From positions 1 through 40,059 of the forward strand of contig JAJZVR010000002.1 in the NCBI GenBank assembly GCA_021847065.1: a DNA stretch of 40,059 bases, read 5' to 3'. The notes under the pieces were generated by a model. The model did no database searches. It saw only the letters and a list, made by a program, of their open reading frames with translations, and had not been told where the DNA came from. This document shows positions 33,293 through 40,059 of this stretch, piece after piece (position 1 is the stretch's first letter; each line of letters begins with the position of its first letter). Source of the stretch: Planctomycetota bacterium. GTDB taxonomy: Bacteria; Planctomycetota; Phycisphaerae; WQYP01. The translations under genes and the position numbers were made by a program.

Positions 33293-34126
33293 CTACTGTG
33301 TGGCCAAGGGAACCAGCAACAAAACGGTTTCGCGCCGTGGCACATGGTTTTGCTGCGTCAGGAAAGAACTGCCGATCGACGTATTTAATGCGCTTACATC
33401 CGCTGGAGCCAGAACGACGAAGTGTTTGGGCTTCAGCAGAAATGAAAATTGTAAATCGGAAAAGACATGCCGTACCGGCCCGGCACCCGGTTGAACGCCA
33501 ACATATCCATTCGCGGCAGGCGCAGGCGTTACTCCGAGTCGCACCGCCGGCTCCAAACTGATAATCGTTATTCCGTATTTTGAATTGGAATTGGCCGCCG
33601 CCAGGAATTGATCATCACAATTCCGATAGGTGCGTACAACCAAAGGTTCGGCAGCGGTATGGTAGGTGAGCATCTGGCTATGAACATTAGAATGCACCGT
33701 CAGCACCGCCGGAGCAATATTGGCGATCTGACAATACACAGCCTGCGATGTGACCCCCGGACCATTTATGAGTTTACGAATGGAGGTCCAGGCTTTGAAA
33801 GAGCCTTCTGCGGTTTTGAACCCATTGGCCGCCAGAAGTTGTGCTGTGCGCGGGCCGACGGGGGCTTTGGTTAAAAGTTTCCAGACTTTGGGGTTCTGAC
33901 TGAATTTTCCAATGGGCAGACTCACTTCAATAACCTGAATCAGCGCCGCGCGCGGAGCATTAGCCTTATCAGACTTCTGCGGTTTGGGCTGCTGCAATTT
34001 TGGAATGGGGTAATTCGGGTGATGCAACGGTACATATACCGGCCCTTTCTTTATGACCACACAGCCGCCAAGCATGGTTAAGCCACAAGCCAAAAGAAAG
34101 CCCAGCGCGGAGCGCGGATTAATCAT
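33293..34126 (-). CDS. Hypothetical lipoprotein
   Basis: The internal start MINPRSALGFLLACGLTMLGGC (ATG at 34126) gives a signal peptide with a lipobox (LGGC). The track ORF extends to 34249. I recognise no domain. Confidence 0.5.
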   Translation of the reverse strand: MINPRSALGFLLACGLTMLGGCVVIKKGPVYVPLHHPNYPIPKLQQPKPQKSDKANAPRAALIQVIEVSLPIGKFSQNPKVWKLLTKAPVGPRTAQLLAANGFKTAEGSFKAWTSIRKLINGPGVTSQAVYCQIANIAPAVLTVHSNVHSQMLTYHTAAEPLVVRTYRNCDDQFLAAANSNSKYGITIISLEPAVRLGVTPAPAANGYVGVQPGAGPVRHVFSDLQFSFLLKPKHFVVLAPADVSALNTSIGSSFLTQQNHVPRRETVLLLVPLATQ

Positions 34127-34523
34127 ACAAGAAGTCCTACTCATGATGTGCATCATAAACGCCAGCCGGACTGCCCGCCAATGCGGTATAGGAAAGCCAT
34201 CGCAAATGGGGCGCGGCAATTTTTCCGTACCAGCGTGCCGCCTTGGCATTCCTTACATAGCCGCCGGCTTTGCCGGTGGTGGAATATCCGATTGAAACAC
34301 AAAGCCACACCCTCGCAAATGCCATGGGTTGGCCACCGCATGGTTGTTGATCCGTAGCCTGCCGGGTTGCATTCGCGCAAGTACGCCACAAGCCCGACCA
34401 ACTGCGCAGCAGTGGCCACAAACGGCGGTTTTATGGTAAAATGATTTAAATCTTTAGCGGCTGGAGTTGGCCGCCCCGACGGCGATGGACGCCACGCACC
34501 ATTAACGGTAGAGGAACCCCATA

Positions 34524-37169
34524 ATGCTCGAAAATGAATCCCGGATAACCGACCTGCAAATTGAAACCGAACTTTCCGAAAGTTACCTCACTTATGCCAT
34601 GAGCACGATTATGGATCGTGCATTGCCTGATGTCCGCGATGGCCTGAAGCCCTCGCAGCGGCGCATTCTCGTGGCCATGAACGATTTGCAGCTTGGGCCA
34701 CGCTCCAAACACCGTAAATGCGCCAAAATCGCGGGCGATACTTCCGGTAATTACCACCCCCACGGTGAAGCTGTTATTTATCCCACTCTGGTCCGCATGG
34801 CCCAAAGTTGGAACATGCGGCATTTGCTGGTGGACGGCCAGGGAAACTTTGGATCACTGGATGGTGATCCACCGGCAGCCATGCGATACACCGAAGCCCG
34901 CATGGCCGAAGCCGCCGCGGAAATGATGGAGGATTTGAAGGAAGATACCGTTGATTTCATCCCAAATTATGATGAAGTCCGGATGGAGCCGACGGTATTA
35001 CCCAGCAAATTTCCCAATCTGCTGGTCAATGGCTCGCAGGGTATCGCGGTGGGTATGGCCACCAGTTTGCCCCCGCATAATCTGCGCGAAGTGTGCGACG
35101 GCATTATTAAAATGATTGATGAACCCACCACCAGTGTGCGGGACCTCATGAAAATCATTAAAGGCCCCGATTTCCCCACCGGCGGCGTAATCTGCGGGCG
35201 ATCAGGTATTGTGGATGGTTACGAAACGGGCCGCGGCAAGGTAACAGTGCGCGGGCGGGTACACACCGAACAACTTAAGGGCGGCAAGGAACAAATTGTT
35301 ATCACAGAAATCCCGTATCAGGTTTTGAAAAAAACCATTATTGAATCCATCGCCGAGCGGGTAAAAGAAGAGCAGATTAAGGATATTTCCGATGTGCGCG
35401 ATGAATCGGATCGTGAGCACGCGGTAAGAGTGGTGGTGGAACTGAAGCGCGATGCGGACCCCAATGTGGTCATCAATCAGCTTTATCAATTTACGCCGCT
35501 GCAAAGCACCATTTCCATTATTAACATTGCCTTGGTGAATCGGCAGCCGCGGACGTTGAGCATCCGCGATATGATTGAGCAGTTTATTCTGCACCGCAAG
35601 GAAGTCATTCGCCGCAGAACCGCGTTCCGCCTGAAAAAAGCCCGGCAACGCGCCCACATTCTGGAAGGTTTGATTCTGGCGCTGGCGGATATTCACACCG
35701 AGGAAGTCAACGGCAAATCCACCGGTGGAAAAATTGAAGTCATGGGCATTATTGAGCTGTTGCGCAATCGCAAAATCAGCCCCGATGTTCCCACCGCCAA
35801 AGCCAACCTCATGCGCAAACGCTTCACCATTGATGAAGCTCTGACATGGAAAGCTGCGATCCCCAAAGCGTTTAAGAAACGCATTGATCAAGCTACCGAA
35901 GAACTTGGCGGCATGTTACTTTCTTCCGCGCAGGCCGATGCGATTTTATCCATGCAGCTCCAGCGCCTGGTAGGTTTGGAAATCGACAAGCTCACGGAAG
36001 AATACAACAAGCTTGTGGGTGAAATTGAAGATTTTGAACTTATCCTCAGTGATGAAAAACGCGTGCTGGATATTATCCGCGAAGACACCATTGAATTAAA
36101 GGAAAAGTTTGGCGATGAACGCCGCACGCAGATCACCAACGATGCCACGGATATTAACATTGAAGACCTGATCGCCGATGAACAGGTGGTGGTCACCATC
36201 AGCCACGAAGGCTATATCAAGCGCATGCCGCTGGATACCTACCGCAAGCAGGGCCGCGGCGGTCGCGGCATTGTCGGTGCCGATTCCAAGGAAGGCGATT
36301 TTATTGAGCATCTTTTCATCGGCTCAACCCATGATTATCTCATGTTCTTTACCAACCTGGGCCGGTGTTATTGGCATAAGGTTTATGACGTGCCGCAGAT
36401 GAGTCGGCAAAGCAAGGGCCGATCCATTGCCAATCTGGTGGAAATGCAGCCGGATGAAAAACTCGCCGCCGTGCTGGTCGTGCGAGATTTTTCCGATGAA
36501 GCCAAGCACCTGGTAATGACCACGGCCAAGGGCATTATTAAAAAGACATTGCTCAAGGCGTATGGCAACCCCATGAAACGCGGCATTATCGCCATTGGCC
36601 TGGATAAAGGCGACAGTGTCATCGGCGTGGGCGTTACCAACGGCAAGGACCAGATTGTCCTGGCCACCCGCGGCGGCATGGCGGTGCGATTTGAAGAAAC
36701 TGAAGTACGTGATATGGGCCGGCAGGCCGGCGGCGTAAAAGGCGTTGAACTTGAAGACGGCGACGCTGTGGTTGAAATGGTCATTGTGCCGCAGGGGCTG
36801 GATCATGGCGACAATCAGGTCACACTGTTGACCGCCTGCGAGCATGGCTACGGCAAACGTACCCGTGTGGAAGAATACCGCCTGACCCATCGCGGCGGTA
36901 AGGGTGTTATTAATATCCGCACCACTGATCGCAACGGGGCGGTAGTCTCGGTCAAGCCGGTTAATGATGCCGATGAATTGATGATGATCACCCGCAACGG
37001 CCAGGTTGTGCGTATCGGCGTAACCGGCGAACTGCGTGAAATGGGCCGGGCCACCCAAGGCGTAAGACTCATCCGCCTGGACGCAGACGATATCCTGGTC
37101 AACGTAGCCCGCGTAGCCCCCGAAGACAAAGACGACGAAACGCCGCTGCTGGACGGTGCGGGGAAGTAA
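34524..37169 (+). CDS. gyrA: DNA gyrase subunit A
   Basis: 881 aa. It has YAMSTIMDRALPDVRDGLKPSQRRILVAM, the QRDR-like GDTSGNYHPHGEAVIYPTLVRMAQ and the active-site Tyr context AAMRYTEARM. C-terminal beta-pinwheel repeats are also present. Confidence 0.95.
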   Translation: MLENESRITDLQIETELSESYLTYAMSTIMDRALPDVRDGLKPSQRRILVAMNDLQLGPRSKHRKCAKIAGDTSGNYHPHGEAVIYPTLVRMAQSWNMRHLLVDGQGNFGSLDGDPPAAMRYTEARMAEAAAEMMEDLKEDTVDFIPNYDEVRMEPTVLPSKFPNLLVNGSQGIAVGMATSLPPHNLREVCDGIIKMIDEPTTSVRDLMKIIKGPDFPTGGVICGRSGIVDGYETGRGKVTVRGRVHTEQLKGGKEQIVITEIPYQVLKKTIIESIAERVKEEQIKDISDVRDESDREHAVRVVVELKRDADPNVVINQLYQFTPLQSTISIINIALVNRQPRTLSIRDMIEQFILHRKEVIRRRTAFRLKKARQRAHILEGLILALADIHTEEVNGKSTGGKIEVMGIIELLRNRKISPDVPTAKANLMRKRFTIDEALTWKAAIPKAFKKRIDQATEELGGMLLSSAQADAILSMQLQRLVGLEIDKLTEEYNKLVGEIEDFELILSDEKRVLDIIREDTIELKEKFGDERRTQITNDATDINIEDLIADEQVVVTISHEGYIKRMPLDTYRKQGRGGRGIVGADSKEGDFIEHLFIGSTHDYLMFFTNLGRCYWHKVYDVPQMSRQSKGRSIANLVEMQPDEKLAAVLVVRDFSDEAKHLVMTTAKGIIKKTLLKAYGNPMKRGIIAIGLDKGDSVIGVGVTNGKDQIVLATRGGMAVRFEETEVRDMGRQAGGVKGVELEDGDAVVEMVIVPQGLDHGDNQVTLLTACEHGYGKRTRVEEYRLTHRGGKGVINIRTTDRNGAVVSVKPVNDADELMMITRNGQVVRIGVTGELREMGRATQGVRLIRLDADDILVNVARVAPEDKDDETPLLDGAGK

Positions 37170-37343
37170 CCAGGACCTCGCCGATGTCGCTGATACCGCA
37201 GGCTGTGATGCGGCTGTATTTTTGAAGAGCCACGTCGATTGATCTCTTTCGGCCGGATGGCCATGGGGGCTTGGCGATTACCTGCACACGTTTCCGGTAA
37301 TCTACTCCGTCGGCTGAATCGACGGACCGCGGACCGGAATAAT

Positions 37344-38075
37344 TCACCGTAGGACGAACGCGTTCCACTGAAAGTTAATTCGCTCACGGTGTTGCCGGAG
37401 GAATTGTGGCGCTGGATGGAAGGCTTTGGGCGGCTGAAATTTTGTATGTCGCTTCAAAACAACGGCCAATGTCTTGCTCGCGACGACCTTGATCAATACG
37501 CTCGCGTCATCAGCAAGGGTAAAGTAGCCTTGCTCGAAAAGTGCGTCATGGATGAGGCACATGCTGACCACATTATGCAGATTGGCCCTATTTTCCAAAT
37601 CGTCCGCCCACCGCGCTATATGTGCCGCGCGCAGAAAGCCCTGCTCCTTCACGTCGCAGAACGCACAACGCCGCTCGTAGTTATCCAATGCCAACGCCCG
37701 TAAGCGATCTTGGCTCTTACGTCGGCGGGCCAGTACCGTCACATCTTCCGTAACAATGTCACCAACCCTCAACTTTCCTTGTTTGATAGCGATATCAATC
37801 GCTTCGTCCGGAAGGTCTTCCGCTTCAACCTGTAATTGGGTATCGAGGAGAAGATATTTTCCGTTACTGAGGAACTCCACCAATCGCTCGTCGCGAAGCT
37901 CTTGGAGAATTCTGCTGACGGTTTGTCCTGGTGTTTTGCCAAAGCTGCCTGCTTCGACCGTCATTGGCTGAAGTTCTTCCGAAAGAAATGTCGGGCGATC
38001 AATCGCCCGAGTTCCATGACGCTGGCCATATCGGTGCAGAGCATTGAGTACAACATCTCGCCATTTCACGGGCAA
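37344..38075 (-). CDS. HNH endonuclease (HNH_2-type) with an N-terminal winged-helix-like domain; candidate restriction-type nuclease
   Basis: 243 aa. It reads CAFCDVKEQGFLRAAHIARWADDLENRANLHNVVSMCLIHDALFEQGYF, matching the C..C...l.AAHI.pw....N..NgL.LC..HH.lFD pattern. The N-terminal GKTPGQTVSRILQELRDERLVEFLSNGKY resembles Mrr_N-like wHTH domains. Confidence 0.7.
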   Translation of the reverse strand: MPVKWRDVVLNALHRYGQRHGTRAIDRPTFLSEELQPMTVEAGSFGKTPGQTVSRILQELRDERLVEFLSNGKYLLLDTQLQVEAEDLPDEAIDIAIKQGKLRVGDIVTEDVTVLARRRKSQDRLRALALDNYERRCAFCDVKEQGFLRAAHIARWADDLENRANLHNVVSMCLIHDALFEQGYFTLADDASVLIKVVASKTLAVVLKRHTKFQPPKAFHPAPQFLRQHRERINFQWNAFVLR

Positions 38076-38223
38076 TATTTCCTTACCTGATATCGCGGCG
38101 ATTATGCGGGTTCAAGTTCCATATTGCAACTTCGGATACCAACGAACGGTATCGCGTTACCTGCTATTGCGATAAAATATCGGGCTGTGCAAGGCACGAC
38201 AGAATCAACAAAGGACTCTCCTA

Positions 38224-39153
38224 ATGTCAAACATCCACAAAGCCGCTCTCCTAACATCTATTAGGGAACAGGTCGGGGAATTGCACAAGTTGGCCGGGAG
38301 TAATTCTCTCTTCAGCGTCGGAGATGATCTGGCACGATTGTACCTGCGCTATTCGAAAGTGCATCCTGACGGCCGAACGTTCTTCGGCCTCCGCGATGTT
38401 GACCTCCGGGAACTTGCCGGGCGCAACTCGTATATCTGTTTCTTCGTGGATGATGGCTCGGCACCGCTGTTCGTGCCATACGCGGACTTTGAAGAACTCT
38501 TCCAACGTGCGGAACCAGCCAATGACGGCCAGTACAAGGCGCAGCTGATCTGCGGACATGGAACACGTGAACTTTATTTACCCAAGATGGGGCGATTCAA
38601 TCTCGATGGATTCGCCGGGCTTGAGACCTTGGTCAACAGCGTAAATTCCAACCGCATCCGAAATCTCCCCGACCTTTCCCATTCGCAGGTGCAGACGCTA
38701 TTGGCGGGAATTGGAAAGGCGAAAGGATTTGATATCTTTATCCCCAGGATGGATGTGGAGAAACTGGATTGGTCGCTGACCCCGCCATTTGGGCTCCGCG
38801 GAGAAATTCCAAACGGATTCAGTGGTATTTCCACTATTCTTTCAGAAATTGATGTTCTCTGGATTGCCGCTGGCCGCAACGCAATTGAAGGATTGTTTGA
38901 GGTGGAACACTCGACTTCCATTTACTCCGGCCTACTACGGTTCAATGATGTGCTTTTGACCGATCCTAACACGACGCGATTCTATATTGTTTCGGATGAA
39001 AAAAGACGAGACCGATTTTCGCGGCAGGCGTACCGGCCCACGTTTCGCCAAAGTGGACTATCCGAACGCACGAGTTTTCTTGAATATGCCAATGTCTTTA
39101 ATTGGCACCAACGCTTACTGAAAGGAAAAAGCCATGAAGAAATCAACAAATAA
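38224..39153 (+). CDS. Two-domain protein with a C-terminal restriction-endonuclease-like (BamHI-like D...ExE) motif
   Basis: 309 aa. EIDVLWIAAGRNAIEGLFEVEHSTSIYSGLLRFN (D210, E226, E228) parallels the BamHI active-site segment PIDVYKEFIENSELKRVGMEFETGNISSAHRSMNKLL as I recall it. The N-terminal ~150 aa are unassigned. Confidence 0.45.
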   Translation: MSNIHKAALLTSIREQVGELHKLAGSNSLFSVGDDLARLYLRYSKVHPDGRTFFGLRDVDLRELAGRNSYICFFVDDGSAPLFVPYADFEELFQRAEPANDGQYKAQLICGHGTRELYLPKMGRFNLDGFAGLETLVNSVNSNRIRNLPDLSHSQVQTLLAGIGKAKGFDIFIPRMDVEKLDWSLTPPFGLRGEIPNGFSGISTILSEIDVLWIAAGRNAIEGLFEVEHSTSIYSGLLRFNDVLLTDPNTTRFYIVSDEKRRDRFSRQAYRPTFRQSGLSERTSFLEYANVFNWHQRLLKGKSHEEINK

Positions 39154-39319
39154 TCAGGAACTTTATATTGTCGTCAACGTCTGGCGCGATTTTGCCGTCG
39201 GTGCTGACATATTCCGCGGAAAAGCCAACGCGGTCCGGCGATTCAACAAGCTGGTAAACGGTAATGACCTTCGGGAGAACGATGTGCAAATTTTCAAGAC
39301 GACGCTGAAGTCCGGATAG
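39134..39319 (+). CDS. Small (61 aa) hypothetical protein, translationally coupled to the upstream nuclease-like gene
   Basis: Its ATG lies 20 nt inside the 3' end of 38224..39153 and is preceded by aagga. I recognise no motif. Confidence 0.4.
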   Translation: MKKSTNNQELYIVVNVWRDFAVGADIFRGKANAVRRFNKLVNGNDLRENDVQIFKTTLKSG

Positions 39320-39485
39320 CCCTGCCGAAGCGAGCAAATAGACATCGCCGTGCCCGAAAGTTATTAACAACACGGCGCCCTGTGATTACGCCAAGGCCGA
39401 TCCACCCCTGCCGTGCCAATGGTCATTGTCGGTGTCGCGGAATAGGAAAATGGCCTTCGGCGTCCGTTGTTGGGAAACGGAAAAC

Positions 39486-39514
39486 TTGACTGTTGCCGCA
39501 ACCTGTACCATAAT
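39486..39514 (+). promoter_or_regulatory. Near-consensus sigma70 promoter (TTGACT-N17-CATAAT)
   Basis: ttgact (39486-39491), a 17-nt spacer and cataat (39509-39514). It lies inside the 5' part of track ORF 39426..40046, which argues that the real start codon is downstream (ATG 39570). Confidence 0.5.
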
Positions 39515-39569
39515 AATCAAACTAAGCAGCAACGCTTGCTGGTCCCAAGGCTTAACAGGGCTCAAAGAT

Positions 39570-40046
39570 ATGACTGCTGACATGGAAAAGAAATCGGCGA
39601 TACATGTCCGGGAATCTCAGGACGGTGATCGCAATTTCGTATTCCATTTATCTGATAATGACCTGTTCGTCCGAACTGGCCGACAATTAATTGAAGCCTG
39701 TCAATTAAACATCAGCATCGACTTGTGGAAACAAGAGCTTGATCTTATGTTTGCGTATGTCATGGATTGGTGTGGGAAGAAACACATTCACGTTCGCACA
39801 TGCCTCTGTGAACCGCGCCGCGCCCGTCTGGTGCTGCACTTTATCCCGAAGTCTGATGGATTTGATTTCGATCTTGCTGATGGGATCACAGAACTGGACT
39901 GTTACCTGAGCCGCAATTTTAAGAACGTCGGGTTGGTGGAAGCAGGACAAATTCCGTGGGCCGAAATGGAACGTTTTGTTAATCCGAACCTTTTTTTTGT
40001 GATCTATGGCGAACATCCCACCGCACATGCAACAGTGGGAACATAA
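39570..40046 (+). CDS. Hypothetical protein (158 aa)
   Basis: The in-frame ATG at 39570 (MTADMEKKSAIH...) lies downstream of the promoter candidate. I recognise no motif. It is the last gene before the window end. Confidence 0.45.
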   Translation: MTADMEKKSAIHVRESQDGDRNFVFHLSDNDLFVRTGRQLIEACQLNISIDLWKQELDLMFAYVMDWCGKKHIHVRTCLCEPRRARLVLHFIPKSDGFDFDLADGITELDCYLSRNFKNVGLVEAGQIPWAEMERFVNPNLFFVIYGEHPTAHATVGT

Positions 40047-40059
40047 CCGCTCGCTGTTG

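Noticed and set aside
37170-37343. tRNA gene or att site marking the boundary of the nuclease island after gyrA
   Set aside because: Only short hairpins are present (for example ccgtcg-gctgaat-cgacgg). I saw no tRNA-like cloverleaf or T-arm consensus and no repeat of this segment at the right end of the window.
35202-37387. Long antisense ORFs inside gyrA (35202..35891, 36324..37058, 36848..37387 and others)
   Set aside because: gyrA is unambiguous on the + strand, and these are shadow ORFs with no recognisable motifs.
1-40059. rRNA, tRNA, tmRNA, RNase P, transposase or integrase genes
   Set aside because: I found no conserved signature by eye, such as GGTTCGAATCC-type T-arms, the RNase P GAGGAAAGTCC motif or DDE/tyrosine-recombinase motifs in any ORF. 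A tRNAscan or Infernal run would be needed to exclude them definitively.

Overview
This is a 40-kb chromosomal window, probably from a PVC-superphylum bacterium (Verrucomicrobiota or Planctomycetota-like). That guess rests on PEP-CTERM cargo proteins, GloVer (Gloeo_Verruco) repeats and a DUF1559/H-X9-DG-like domain. Layout by coordinate:
- 1-9461: seven co-directional secreted proteins that end in PEP-CTERM sorting signals. They include three tandem GloVer-repeat paralogues, one frameshifted gene, a ~850 aa glycine-rich protein and a LamG-like lectin. No exosortase gene is in the window.
- 9462-10978: about 1.5 kb with no credible ORF. About 1 kb of it is built from short direct doublets and tandem repeats. 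A sigma70-like promoter and a hairpin leader for folA follow.
- 10979-18833: housekeeping genes. These are folA, a TIM-barrel glycoside-hydrolase-like gene, ispE, a YghZ/Gpr-type aldo-keto reductase, a GT87/DUF2029 membrane glycosyltransferase, citrate synthase and a PIG-L deacetylase. A perfect sigma54 -24/-12 promoter plus an orphan intrinsic terminator lie upstream of citrate synthase.
- 18882-23681, the window centre: a canonical PilT ATPase, a membrane-anchored GspE/PilB-like paralogue with every catalytic motif substituted, and a CvpA-like membrane protein. No other pilus or secretion genes are present. I rank this the best candidate for an undescribed system.
- 23799-37169: sodA, a Tim44-like/TerB-like membrane protein, a hypothetical gene, a DCC thiol oxidoreductase, an ECF sigma factor with an unusual anti-sigma candidate, cdaA-cdaR, an SDR, a lipoprotein and gyrA.
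- 37344-40046: a small nuclease island with an HNH_2 endonuclease, a BamHI-like D..ExE nuclease candidate, a translationally coupled 61-aa ORF and one unknown gene.

I recognised no rRNA, tRNA, CRISPR array, transposase or integrase. All homology statements come from motif recognition by eye, not from database searches.
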